A stretch of DNA of 64,000 nucleotides from Methanoregula sp. (lineage in GTDB: Archaea > Halobacteriota > Methanomicrobia > Methanomicrobiales > Methanospirillaceae). The position numbers were made by a program, and so were the translations under genes. Location of the stretch: the NCBI GenBank assembly GCA_035515395.1, contig DATJBJ010000083.1, positions 25 through 64,024 of the forward strand. Direction: 5' to 3'. The notes beneath the pieces were generated by a model. It saw only the letters and a program-made list of their open reading frames with translations. It was not told the origin of the DNA and did not search any database. This document shows positions 12,501 to 21,269 of this stretch, in pieces (the first letter of the stretch is position 1; each line of letters starts with the position of its first letter).

Positions 12501-12759
12501 GGATGCCATCCGGTTTCTCCTTCTCGATGATCTTCGCGATGAAGTCGGCCCGGAGCGGCTCGATATAGACCTTGTCAGCCATCTCGGGATCGGTCATGAT
12601 CGTCGCCGGGTTCGAGTTGACCAGGACGACGCTCACCCCTTCTTCGCGGAGCGAGCGGCACGCCTGGGAGCCCGAGAAGTCGAACTCCGCGGCCTGCCCG
12701 ATCTGGATCGGCCCGGAGCCGATGAGGAGGACTTTTCTGATTTCCGGCCGTTTCGGCAT
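9595..12759 (-). CDS. carB: carbamoyl-phosphate synthase large subunit
   Basis: GSGPIQIGQAAEFD, NSNPATIMTD, duplicated ATP-grasp, C-terminal MGS domain. Confidence 0.98.
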   Translation of the reverse strand: MPKRPEIRKVLLIGSGPIQIGQAAEFDFSGSQACRSLREEGVSVVLVNSNPATIMTDPEMADKVYIEPLRADFIAKIIEKEKPDGILSGMGGQTGLNLTAELAEMGALKNVEILGTPLEAIYKGEDREKFRDLMNAIGEPVPKSVVINSLSQIDEAIKEVGLPAVVRPAYTLGGAGGGIGKTKEELVRIIELGLSRSRIHQVLIEESVLGWKEIEFEVMRDAADTCIIVCGMENVDPMGIHTGESVVVAPILTLRDDEYQMMRSAAIHIIRALDVQGGCNVQFAFCDGDYRVIEVNPRVSRSSALASKATGYPIARVAAKIAIGMRLDEITNTVTGCTPASFEPTIDYIVVKVPRWPFDKFKGADRTLSTSMKSTGEVMAIGRTLEEAFMKAKRSLDTEVRSHTSPSEIRMILTRPTDERFHCLFDAFRQGFTLEEITNLTSITPFFLEKIRNIVGFERHLAESHGAADIEKAKKFGFSNAEIAKITGLAVTGIEAVAGLPSYKMVDTCAAEFPASTPYFYSAREPICEIVPNDRQKVLILGSGPIRIGQGIEFDYCTVHAVQALREEGVEVHIVNNNPETVSTDFDTSDRLFFEPMQLEDVMNILRKDHYYGVMVQFGGQNAVNLAVPIEKEIQRLGLPTRILGTSPDAMDIAEDRDRFSVLLDRLTIPSPPNASARSKEEARERAGQIGYPVLVRPSYVLGGRAMEIVHDANDLEAYMKKEEVLASPQHPVLIDSYLGHAVELDVDAVCDGTEVLIGGIMEHIEQAGIHSGDSACVIPTQSLSPTVVTTVREYTRKIALGLGVVGLVNLQLAVQDNVVYVLEANPRASRTVPFVSKATGIPVAKLAAKVMVGRKLSELGYREREIGHVAVKEVLLPFNKLAGVDTMLGPEMKSTGEVMGIDYDFGLAFYKASISADNELPLKGNIFISVNIAQKDEVIPIARQLRDLGLTLYGTEGTVDYLYEAGVEAHLVRKVQEGSPNVLDMMRHGEIRLIINTPQGRQSREDHYQIMRAAVDLGIPYITTIQAARAAALAIDAIKREKMTLEPISHYLN

Positions 12760-13815
12760 CTACGCTATCCTCCTGAAAAGGGCATTGAAGAAATGCGCTT
12801 CCGTGTCCCGGGGACCGCCGTGCGCTTCCGGATGGAACTGGACGGTGGTAAGGCAGAGGTCCTTGTTTTCGAATCCTTCCACCGTGCCGTCATTGACATT
12901 CGAGTAGGTAACTTCGCACCCCTCGGGCAGGGAAGCCGGGTCCACGCAGAACCCGTGGTTCTGGGTGGTGATGAAGATCCGCCCGTCCCTGTACCGGACC
13001 GGCTGGTTCGCGCCGCGGTGGCCGAACTTGAGCTTATAGGTGTCGCCCCCGACCGCGAGAGCTGAGACCTGATTTCCCATGCAGATCCCGAAGACCGGCA
13101 TCCGGCCGAGGAGATCCCGGATGCACCGGATTGCATCGGTCGCCTGTTTGGGATCGCCCGGACCATTGCTGATGAAGAGGGCGTCCGGCCTGCACGCAAG
13201 GATCTCGTCCGCCTTAACGTCGTAAGGGAAGACATAGAGGTCGCCATTCCGGTCAGAGAGACTCTGGAGCATGCTCTTCTTGATGCCGAGGTCTATCACC
13301 GCAATCTTCTTGCCGCTCCCGCAGATCCGGTAGGGCTCCTTGCAGGACACCTCGGGAATGGGTGCGATATCGCAGATCGTGGGAGTCCGGCGTGCAAGCT
13401 GTACCGCGTGCTCCCCGTCTTCGCTTCCGACGATAAGGGCCGCCCGCATCGTACCGTGCACGCGAAGTTTGATGGTCAGCGCCCGGGTGTCGACACCGGC
13501 AATCCCCAGAAGGCGGTTCTCTTCAAAAAAGGAGCGGATAGAAGGGTTTGCGGCGGGTTTCTCGCAGATCTCCCGGGTTACGCACCCCAGGGCGCAGACG
13601 CGTCGGTTCTGGAAATTCGGCTCATCGACGCCGTAATCGCCGATGAGGGGGAAGGTGAACATCAGGATCTGGCCGAAGTAGCTCGGGTCGGTGAGCGATT
13701 CCATGTACCCGGTCATCTGCGTATTGAATACCAGTTCTCCGGCGCATTCCCCCTCAATGCCGAACCCTTCCCCGACAACAAATTGCCCGTCTTCGAGACC
13801 AAGAACCGCCTTCAT
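12760..13815 (-). CDS. carA: carbamoyl-phosphate synthase small subunit
   Basis: GELVFNTQMTGY.ESLTDPSY, SNGPGDP, GICMG, QNHGF, QFHPE. Confidence 0.97.
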   Translation of the reverse strand: MKAVLGLEDGQFVVGEGFGIEGECAGELVFNTQMTGYMESLTDPSYFGQILMFTFPLIGDYGVDEPNFQNRRVCALGCVTREICEKPAANPSIRSFFEENRLLGIAGVDTRALTIKLRVHGTMRAALIVGSEDGEHAVQLARRTPTICDIAPIPEVSCKEPYRICGSGKKIAVIDLGIKKSMLQSLSDRNGDLYVFPYDVKADEILACRPDALFISNGPGDPKQATDAIRCIRDLLGRMPVFGICMGNQVSALAVGGDTYKLKFGHRGANQPVRYRDGRIFITTQNHGFCVDPASLPEGCEVTYSNVNDGTVEGFENKDLCLTTVQFHPEAHGGPRDTEAHFFNALFRRIA

Positions 13816-13999
13816 GATTTCCATAGCTTATGTGCCCGAATAGTTATTAACACTTGAGAATCCGAGCGGTCATCAGACCGCGAGGAGGAGAAGAACGCGG
13901 AGGGTTCTTCGACTACCGGTGGTGTATCAGAAGCGCGAGGTTCCCAAGAGCGTATTTATAGTTGGTATCGCTATCTTCCTGCACGGAACCGGTGATCCG

Positions 14000-14281
14000 A
14001 TGGGAGTCGAACACATCAACGGCAGGAATGTCGGCAAGGTCATGCTGTATGCGCTCAGCACCTGCGGGTGGTGCAACAAGACCAAGGAGCTGCTCCGCGA
14101 GCTTGGGATAGATTTCGATTATATCTATGTCGACCTGCTTGACGATCCCGAACGGGAAGAAACGATTAACACGGTCGAGCGGTGGAACCCGAAGGGTTCG
14201 TTTCCTACGCTCGTGATCGGGAACAAAAAGGCGATCGTCGGTTTCCAGGAGAAGGAGATCCGGGAGGCGCTCGAGGGATGA
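14000..14281 (+). CDS. glutaredoxin-like (NrdH-type) redoxin
   Basis: [22 protein letters not shown]; GGTGAT SD and TTTATA upstream; ATGA overlap with next gene. Confidence 0.9.
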   Translation: MGVEHINGRNVGKVMLYALSTCGWCNKTKELLRELGIDFDYIYVDLLDDPEREETINTVERWNPKGSFPTLVIGNKKAIVGFQEKEIREALEG

Positions 14282-14799
14282 ACTTTGTCGGCATTGCGGA
14301 GGAGGATGTAGAAAAGGTATACCGGCGCCTGGATACGGAGGCGGCGAAAGGGGGGTATAACCTCAACCCCGACGTGGAATTCACCAAGAACCTTGTCCGG
14401 GGGTACATGAAGAACGAGCAGCGCTACGGGTACCCCTCATGCCCCTGCAGGCTCGCCTCCGGAAAGAAGGAGGAAGACCTCGACATTATCTGCCCCTGCG
14501 ACTACCGGGACCCCGACCTTGCCCAGTTCGGGGCATGCTATTGCGCCCTCTACGTCAGCGATGCGATAAAGTCCGGGCAGCAGAAGACGATTCCCGTCCC
14601 CGAACGGAGGCCGCCGCGTTCGGAGCGATCGAAGGCAAAAGCGGTCCGGATCATTTCGGCTGTGGCCGGTCCGGCCCCGGCACTCGCGTTTCCCGTCTGG
14701 CGATGCCGGGTGTGCGGATACCTGTGCGCACGCGACGGGCCTCCCGATACCTGCCCGATCTGCTATGCCAGGAAGGACCGGTTCGAGCGGTTCATGTGA
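14278..14799 (+). CDS. ferredoxin:thioredoxin/disulfide reductase catalytic subunit with C-terminal rubredoxin-like domain (FDR type)
   Basis: CPC, CPC, CYC cluster/disulfide motifs plus WRCRVCGY...CPIC. Confidence 0.9.
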   Translation: MNFVGIAEEDVEKVYRRLDTEAAKGGYNLNPDVEFTKNLVRGYMKNEQRYGYPSCPCRLASGKKEEDLDIICPCDYRDPDLAQFGACYCALYVSDAIKSGQQKTIPVPERRPPRSERSKAKAVRIISAVAGPAPALAFPVWRCRVCGYLCARDGPPDTCPICYARKDRFERFM

Positions 14800-15013
14800 A
14801 GGGGACGGAACGGAGGTTCTATTCCATTTTCACGGGCATACCGGGGAAGTCCTTCATGGTTTCCCTGAAAACCGTGTATACCCTGCCGGGTGACGGCATT
14901 ATTGCATAAACTTTCGCCATACCATAGAACCTTGTGCAGTCTATTTTTTACGAAATAACCGGAAACTGCTTATTTCCCAATTCTCAAATAGCGGACAGCC
15001 CAATATATCCGGC

Positions 15014-15406
15014 ATGACTCACGTCACCCTCGAGATCGCCGGTTTTTCTTATACTTCCTGCTCGCCCTTTCCCTGTGATGCCACAAGGACCTGCGGCCTC
15101 ACGGGCTGCCACCCGACCGGGCAACTCGTGAAAGCGTTCGGTTCTCTCAAAACGCTCATCGCGGAGGAATACGGCCCGCAGGTGGATCTCACCCTTACTC
15201 TTCTCGACGAGGGAGTACCGGAACACATCAGGGCGATCATCGAGGCCGAGCACCCGCCGATACCCCTTATTCTCGTCAACGGGCGGCTGACCCGTATCGG
15301 CCGCATCGCGTACGACCGGATAAAAAAGGAGATCGATGCAGCTCTTGAAATAAAGGGGGCCGATCAGGGCACACGGATGAGGGAGCCGTCCCCCCCGAGG
15401 TCATAA
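15014..15406 (+). CDS. hypothetical Cys-rich protein, possible thioredoxin-like fold
   Basis: CSPFPCDATRTCGLTGC at the N-terminus, PIPLILVNGR near the C-terminus. Confidence 0.7.
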   Translation: MTHVTLEIAGFSYTSCSPFPCDATRTCGLTGCHPTGQLVKAFGSLKTLIAEEYGPQVDLTLTLLDEGVPEHIRAIIEAEHPPIPLILVNGRLTRIGRIAYDRIKKEIDAALEIKGADQGTRMREPSPPRS

Positions 15407-15774
15407 TAAAATCCATGGGCCTCCACCCGGTTTATCCTCAACCGCTTTCCTGGGAGGGGGTACGCGTGGATGTGTTCGATCTGGAGTCTCACGTTCCCTT
15501 TTTCGATCATCTTGTACCGCTATTCGATCTTGAGGGAGGTATTCGGCGGATCGACTGCTCTGTCAATTCGTTCCTTCGCCTCGCGGTCATTTTTCAACCA
15601 GAGCAGGATGCACGAATCAGTGCTCTCCGTATCGAGCGCACGGATCGCGCCGCAGTTCGAGTCCCCGCGGATGACGTCAGAGATTTTCAGGTGGACAACC
15701 GCGTATTTGAGTACTGTCGCAAAGTTTCAGTGGCGGATCGGCACGATGTTCCCGATGTTTCGCCGGATGAAGAG
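15364..15774 (-). pseudogene. beta-class carbonic anhydrase, degenerate C-terminal half
   Basis: manual translation LFIRRNIGNIVPIRH*NFATVLKYAVVHLKISDVIRGDSNCGAIRAL...E*RYKMIEKGNVRLQIEHIHAYP...VEAHGFYYDL; stops at 15727-15729 and 15520-15522; N-terminal CxDxR half absent. Confidence 0.85.
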
Positions 15775-15813
15775 CAGGACAGAAAAAAGTATAGGTGACC
15801 CTGCGGTCCCCGG

Positions 15814-16056
15814 TTATAACGATCCCGTGCCCTTCTCGGTCTTTGGCGATGACCGGAATTCCCGGATCAGCAGGTAGAGTACGTCGACAAGAAATCCGAA
15901 CATGGGGAGGATCGCCAGGATGGCCCAGACGGGTGCGAGCATCTTCTGTTCTTTTGCGTCGCGATAGATGAGGAACGCGACGAGCAGCTGTACTATCCAG
16001 ACCGCAAAGATCAGGACCGGCCCTGCAAACGAATGGGCATGGTACATAATTGGCAT
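15814..16056 (-). CDS. small two-TM membrane protein
   Basis: IYRDAKEQKM..PVWAILAILP..G...YLL pattern. Confidence 0.7.
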   Translation of the reverse strand: MPIMYHAHSFAGPVLIFAVWIVQLLVAFLIYRDAKEQKMLAPVWAILAILPMFGFLVDVLYLLIREFRSSPKTEKGTGSL

Positions 16057-16198
16057 TATATCATATCCGACAGCCCGGTGTATATGTTTTCACGTACTGG
16101 CAGACAGCTGATTGGAAGGAGGGGTAGCCCAATTCGGCGTTTTTTTACGTCGGTGGTTGAGTCCCGGAGTACGGGTGGTCTGTATGGTTGCCTCCGGG

Positions 16199-17053
16199 TT
16201 ACCGGTCACACCGGTGATCCCAGCTTCCGCCTGCAGCCTTTTTGGGGGTCCTCGGTACCAGCCGCGCGGCAACAGCGGCAAGGATGAAGAAACCGATGGT
16301 AACGAGCACGATCGCCCCGCCCGGGGCGAGGTTGTACATGAACGACACCTGCAAGCCGGCAACAACCGAGAATACAGCAACGCCGCATGCGGCGAGCACG
16401 GTCTGCCGGAACGGCATCTTCAGTTGAATCATCGCGGATGCAGGGATCACGATCAGGCTCGATACCAGGAGGACACCGACGAGCCGCATGGCAACAACTA
16501 CGGTCAGGCCCGTCAGAACCGTGAAGACAAGTTCCAGTGCCGGGACGGGAAGACCCGAAACCCGCGCAAACTCCGCGTCGATGGTTATGCCTACCCATTC
16601 CTTCCAGAATGCCAGCAATATTCCGACGACCGTGATACCCAGGGCCGCGGCGAGGTAGAGGTCAGTCTGATTAATCCCGAGGATTGTCCCGAAAAGGAAA
16701 GACAGGACGTCAACCGCCACGTTCTGCGTGACACTTATCAGGATGATACCGATGGCGAGCCCTGCTGCAAACAGGATCGCGATCGCCGCATCCGATGCGA
16801 CCCGTAATTTTCCCAGAGCGTGGATACCCAGTGCGCCGACCACCACACCAACGATGGCCGTGTAGATCGGGTATATGCCCGCGAATAACCCGAAGGCGAT
16901 CCCGCCAAAAGCCACATGGCTCAGCCCGTCTGCGACGAGCGACAGCCTCCGGAGGACGAGGAATACCCCGAGTGCCGAACAGGTTACGGCAACGATGAGC
17001 CCCCCGATGAGGGCACGGACTCCGAACTGGTAGGCTAAAAAATCAAAGACCAT
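16199..17053 (-). CDS. Zn/Mn ABC transporter permease (ZnuB-like, ABC-3)
   Basis: LGVFLVLRRLSLVADGLSHVAFGG, SFLFG.IL, VGVLLVSSLIVIPA. Confidence 0.93.
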   Translation of the reverse strand: MVFDFLAYQFGVRALIGGLIVAVTCSALGVFLVLRRLSLVADGLSHVAFGGIAFGLFAGIYPIYTAIVGVVVGALGIHALGKLRVASDAAIAILFAAGLAIGIILISVTQNVAVDVLSFLFGTILGINQTDLYLAAALGITVVGILLAFWKEWVGITIDAEFARVSGLPVPALELVFTVLTGLTVVVAMRLVGVLLVSSLIVIPASAMIQLKMPFRQTVLAACGVAVFSVVAGLQVSFMYNLAPGGAIVLVTIGFFILAAVAARLVPRTPKKAAGGSWDHRCDR

Positions 17054-17059
17054 GGCTGC

Positions 17060-17824
17060 TCAGGGGCTCCTGCCCGCCTCTATCATCAGGTTCCACAGGC
17101 CTTCCGCGTTAAGATTCGCAGCCGGGCCGTCGTAGATCACCTTCTTTTGCAGGAATATGATTCTCTGGACATGCGCTGCCAGATCGGGCAGGTCGTGCAG
17201 GATCATAAGAACCGTGATGTGGTGCTCCCTGTTCAGGTGGGTGACAAGCCCGTAGAACTCCTGTTTGCTCTGTGCATCGACGCCATTGGTGGGTTCGTCG
17301 AGGGCGATGATATGCGGCCTGCCGACGAGCGCACGGGCGATGAGGGTCCTCTGCTGCTGCCCGCCGGAGAGGTCGGAGAAGAGTTCATGCTGGACGTCGG
17401 AGAGACCGGCTTCTGCGATCGCGTTGTCTACCGCCGCCCTGCTGCCAGGGTCCATCCGCCTGAACAATCCTATCTGGCCGAAGGTTCCCATCTCAACTAC
17501 TTCGCGGGCAGTGATCGGAAACTGTTCCTGCCGGATGACCGGGTTCTGGGGCACGTATCCGATACAGGGCCTGCAGGGGGTCATGCCCTCGCACTCATCG
17601 ATATGGCAGGTGAAGGAGACCTTTCCACGGTCAGGTCTGAGGAGGCCGACCATGATCTTCATGAGGGTAGATTTCCCCGAACCATTGGGGCCGGCGATCC
17701 CCACGAGCTCCTCCTGGCGGACCGTAAGGGAGACATCTTCGAGAACGGCTGCAGCCCCGTACGCAAACCAGACGTTGTCCAGGGTGAGGCAGACCTCCTT
17801 GCCGCCCGGCTGCGTCATTGGCAC
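17060..17824 (-). CDS. Zn/Mn ABC transporter ATP-binding protein (ZnuC-like)
   Basis: GPNGSGKST, IGYVPQ, LSGGQQQR, LDEPT. Confidence 0.93.
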   Translation of the reverse strand: MPMTQPGGKEVCLTLDNVWFAYGAAAVLEDVSLTVRQEELVGIAGPNGSGKSTLMKIMVGLLRPDRGKVSFTCHIDECEGMTPCRPCIGYVPQNPVIRQEQFPITAREVVEMGTFGQIGLFRRMDPGSRAAVDNAIAEAGLSDVQHELFSDLSGGQQQRTLIARALVGRPHIIALDEPTNGVDAQSKQEFYGLVTHLNREHHITVLMILHDLPDLAAHVQRIIFLQKKVIYDGPAANLNAEGLWNLMIEAGRSP

Positions 17825-18849
17825 ACCATCGCCTTCTTCATCTCCTGCAGGTTCGTCTCCATGATTGCCACGTAATCGGTATCGGCCGGCGCCAGGGGAC
17901 CTTTCGGGAGTACTTCCATTGTGGTGAACGGATAGACAGGCAGCCCGAGTTCGGCCGAGAGGGATTTGCTTAAATCCTCGGCTTCATCAGGCTCCGCGAG
18001 GACGCCCCGGACATTCCTGGCCTTCGCTTCACCAACGATGGCAGCCATCTGCTGCAGGGAAGGCTCGGCATCGGGGCTCATCCCTGATATGGAGATGGGT
18101 GTCAGGTTGTACGCAGCTGCGGTATAGTCGAGGAAGGCGTGCGAGCTCAGGAAGGTCCGGGTAGTGCAGTTCGAGAACCCTGCCTCGTAGTCTGCATCCA
18201 GCTGCTGCAGCCGTTTTTCAAATACCGCGGCATTGTCCCCGTAGTCAGTCGCGTTTCCCGGATCGGCTTCTGACAGTCGTCGGGCTGCATAGGGCACGTA
18301 ATACTCTGCGAGCTGCGGCGATAACCAGAAATGCGGGTCCTCTGCAGGGTCCGGGAAGTCTGCGTACCGGTTCTTCATCTGCTGATAGACAGTATCCGGT
18401 ATGGCATCTGAAAACGTTACCCGCTGTATATCCGGGTTTGACGATGTTGCGAGATCTGCTGCCCATGGTTCGAGAAACGGCCCGTCATAGAAGAAGATCT
18501 TCCCGTTTTTGAGTGCTACTGCATCGGCCGGTGTCGGTTCATAGTCATGGGGATCGGCTCCCGGGGGGAGTATCTGGGTGATGGCCGTGTGATTCCCCCC
18601 CACGGGCGCTATAAGGAGGGTGAGGGGCCGGAACGATGTGACCACCGCGAGTCCGCCCCCGGAACCAGTTCCGGCAACTGGTGCCGGGCCGGAGACCCCG
18701 GCAGATTCTGAGTTCCCGGGGGAATTCGTGCATCCGGCCGCCGCAACAAACACAGCGATTATGGCAAGCGCCATAAGCGTAAGAACCGGCACACCGTGCT
18801 CGCGGAATATCCGGTTCACTATCCCCCGCAAAATCTCTTCAGCGCCCAT
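17815..18849 (-). CDS. Zn/Mn ABC transporter substrate-binding lipoprotein (ZnuA/TroA-like)
   Basis: AAGC lipobox; DPHDYEP, DPHFWLSP, SHAF metal ligands; start chosen about 27 nt below TATA. Confidence 0.9.
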   Translation of the reverse strand: MGAEEILRGIVNRIFREHGVPVLTLMALAIIAVFVAAAGCTNSPGNSESAGVSGPAPVAGTGSGGGLAVVTSFRPLTLLIAPVGGNHTAITQILPPGADPHDYEPTPADAVALKNGKIFFYDGPFLEPWAADLATSSNPDIQRVTFSDAIPDTVYQQMKNRYADFPDPAEDPHFWLSPQLAEYYVPYAARRLSEADPGNATDYGDNAAVFEKRLQQLDADYEAGFSNCTTRTFLSSHAFLDYTAAAYNLTPISISGMSPDAEPSLQQMAAIVGEAKARNVRGVLAEPDEAEDLSKSLSAELGLPVYPFTTMEVLPKGPLAPADTDYVAIMETNLQEMKKAMVCQ

Positions 18850-18895
18850 CTCTGCAAATCCGCTTCGCGGGGAGCGTATATAATGGTTGTGAAAA

Positions 18896-18914
18896 ATTTG
18901 GAGTTCTCCCAAAT
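18896..18914. promoter_or_regulatory. candidate DtxR-family operator ATTTGG-N7-CCAAAT upstream of the metal ABC operon promoter
   Basis: inverted repeat adjacent to minus-strand TATA (TTATATAC, about 18876-18883). Confidence 0.55.
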
Positions 18915-19012
18915 CCCGGCCCTGAAAAGAACATCCTGCATGTCGTCCGGGGGACGCGAAAGTGTTCCGGTGGACGGGTATACGCAGGCGGGATCTGCAC
19001 CCTCCCCCCGCT

Positions 19013-19438
19013 TCACATACGGAGGCAGCCCTCATCGTGGGTAATATCCCCACATATCCCTCTATTAGGATGGCCCATGGCCCTGCACATCTGATCGATC
19101 GTATTCTTCGATACGAAACTCTCGAACTTCGAAACCTCACGGCAGGCATCTTCGCGGGAGAGACCGAAATGGGTCAGGGCAAGGGCAAGGATCCGGTGTC
19201 TTTTAACCAGGAATTCGGCCGCTGTTTTCCCTTTTGCTGAAAGGACCACCCCGTGGTACGGGACGTAATCGACAAAACCCTCTTCGGCGAGTTCGACAAC
19301 GGTCTTGGTAATGGTGGATGGATCTACCCCGAATCCGGCAGCGATGTCGTTCGTCTTCGTGGGACCGGTCTTTCCGTCCAGGAACTTGATATACTCGTTT
19401 TTCCGTGGCGAAAGTTCAAGCCTGTCATCAGTACTCAT
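19013..19438 (-). CDS. DtxR/MntR family metal-dependent transcriptional regulator
   Basis: EYIKFL, wHTH GVDPSTIT, VDYVPYHGVVLS..G..A..LVKRHRIL, CRAMGHP. Confidence 0.9.
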   Translation of the reverse strand: MSTDDRLELSPRKNEYIKFLDGKTGPTKTNDIAAGFGVDPSTITKTVVELAEEGFVDYVPYHGVVLSAKGKTAAEFLVKRHRILALALTHFGLSREDACREVSKFESFVSKNTIDQMCRAMGHPNRGICGDITHDEGCLRM

Positions 19439-19471
19439 GAAGAAAGTGTCGCCTCTGGAAATCAAAAAATG

Positions 19472-19488
19472 TTTGCCATCAATCCAAA
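19472..19488. promoter_or_regulatory. second copy of candidate operator (TTTGG-N7-GCAAA on minus strand) upstream of the regulator
   Basis: same arms and spacing as the 18896 site, 34 nt upstream of the regulator ATG. Confidence 0.45.
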
Positions 19489-19570
19489 AATTATTCCGTG
19501 ATACGTGCCGGCGCTGAATGGCCGCGGGAATGGAATGTACATCCACTGCCGGTTGCGTGTAAAAAAATCT

Positions 19571-20311
19571 CTAATGGACCCGCAGCCAGATGCCGGCTGC
19601 GATGCCGATGACAAATGCGGCTACCATGATGAACATAACGACATACATCCCGGTCGGGCGGCTGTCGCGGTCATGGCGGACACCGGCCGCTACCGGACCG
19701 CTGTGCCGGGCGACTTCGCGCTCGGCCTTAAGGGAGCGCCAGAGCAGGCCGGCGATGGCGAGAAAGAAGGCGAGGATGATCAACTGGGCAATTGCTGAAA
19801 CGGCGGCCGAACTGCCTTCCACACTCCGGATCCCGCCGAGGAGGAGCCCGAGCATGAAGGAGGCCAGGGTGAAATAGAACCCCGCATATTCCTTCGGGAA
19901 AACCATTTCCTGCAGCTTCCGGTTCTGCTCGTCTGCCTCATCCGGCATCTCCAGCCGCTGGTATACGATCGCGAGGAGAGCACGGGCATAGGTATCGTAC
20001 GGGTTCAGGGCGATGGCGCGTTCCAGCACTTCTGCGGCCTCGGTGTACCTGCCGAGGTGGTCATACGCCACGCCCATCGAGACCCAGATATCAGCGCGGT
20101 CGGTGCAGATCGCTGCCGCACTCTTCGAACAGGCGAGTGCCTCTTCAAACCGGCCGAGGTTCACGAGCGCTACAGCTTTTCGGTTCAGGATGACCGGATC
20201 CCGGGGACTGATGAGGAGGACCCGGTCGTAGTACTCCAGCGCCTCGCGGATCTTGCCTGTATCCGGACCCGAGAGATCCGGATCGCGCCGGGGAGGCAGA
20301 GGTTCGGGCAT
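19571..20311 (-). CDS. TPR protein with C-terminal membrane helices
   Basis: 3-4 TPRs followed by three hydrophobic segments. Confidence 0.85.
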   Translation of the reverse strand: MPEPLPPRRDPDLSGPDTGKIREALEYYDRVLLISPRDPVILNRKAVALVNLGRFEEALACSKSAAAICTDRADIWVSMGVAYDHLGRYTEAAEVLERAIALNPYDTYARALLAIVYQRLEMPDEADEQNRKLQEMVFPKEYAGFYFTLASFMLGLLLGGIRSVEGSSAAVSAIAQLIILAFFLAIAGLLWRSLKAEREVARHSGPVAAGVRHDRDSRPTGMYVVMFIMVAAFVIGIAAGIWLRVH

Positions 20312-20387
20312 GAAATTTCGGACAAGTATGGTTCACCTTCACCCGTATTAAAAGCGCCACCATCCCGCCCGTGGCCGCCGGCAGAGA

Positions 20388-21269
20388 TCAGAGGTTCACG
20401 TTCAGCACCACGCGGATGGCAAGGCCGATGGCAAACGAGACTCCGGCAATCCCAAGGCTGATCGCCGCCATCTCGGAGAATCTCTGCCAGAACGGGAGAT
20501 CTTTTGCCACCGCGATGTAGAACGTAAAGAGGAAGATGATGACAACTGCCGCGATCAGGGTAACGATGAGAGACATCACGGGATTCGCAAGGACAAGGAA
20601 GGGAAGGATCAGGAGGGCGACAGTGAAGAGGTATGTCACACCGGTATAGGCGGCAGCCTTGAGCGGCTTGTTCGGCCCGCGCTCTGACCGGAGGGAGAGG
20701 TATTCTGAAGCGGCCATCGAAAGTGCGGCGGCAACCCCGGTGATGAGCGCAGCAACGGCGATGACGGGGGGGTTCCGGATGGCAAACGTCAGCCCGGCGA
20801 GCATACCGGTGAATTCGACGAGCGCATCGTTCAGGCCGAGGACGACCGCCCCTACATACCGGAGCCGCTCCTCATCGATAAGGGAAACGAGCTCGCGCTC
20901 GTGGACTGCTTCGTCGGCAAGGACCTGTTCGGTTCCGGGGACCTGAGCGGTCACGCCCCGGTAAGCCGCCTGCGCCCTCCTTTCACCAGCCTCCATGATC
21001 TTCGCCGCGAACGTCACGCCGAAGACTCGTGCGACCAGGCAGTGGAGCCAGATGCGGGTGCGGGAAGGGGCCATATCCCTGCCGGTGAACTGCTTCCAGA
21101 TCTTATAGTGTTCTAATTCCTCTTCGGCAAGGCGGTAGAGAACCGAGCGGGCGGCCGGATCGTTTTCGGACATCGCGAGCCTTCGGTAGATCTGGCACTC
21201 GGTAATCTCTCCCCTCTGGTGCTTTTCGAGCGTCCGGAGGAGTTCGGGATCGGGTACAAAACCGGCCAT
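20388..21269 (-). CDS. VIT1/CCC1 family transporter with N-terminal rubrerythrin/ferritin-like domain
   Basis: EE.EH and DE.VH diiron-type motifs; VLGLNDALVE, AAALSMAASEYLS. Confidence 0.9.
   Translation of the reverse strand: MAGFVPDPELLRTLEKHQRGEITECQIYRRLAMSENDPAARSVLYRLAEEELEHYKIWKQFTGRDMAPSRTRIWLHCLVARVFGVTFAAKIMEAGERRAQAAYRGVTAQVPGTEQVLADEAVHERELVSLIDEERLRYVGAVVLGLNDALVEFTGMLAGLTFAIRNPPVIAVAALITGVAAALSMAASEYLSLRSERGPNKPLKAAAYTGVTYLFTVALLILPFLVLANPVMSLIVTLIAAVVIIFLFTFYIAVAKDLPFWQRFSEMAAISLGIAGVSFAIGLAIRVVLNVNL

Noticed and set aside
13866-13910. Two small hairpins upstream of carA as a possible attenuator or riboswitch
   Set aside because: They lie upstream of the probable carA TATA box and match no riboswitch I recognise
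15415-15877. Two plus-strand ORFs of 127 and 135 aa
   Set aside because: Antisense shadows of the carbonic anhydrase pseudogene
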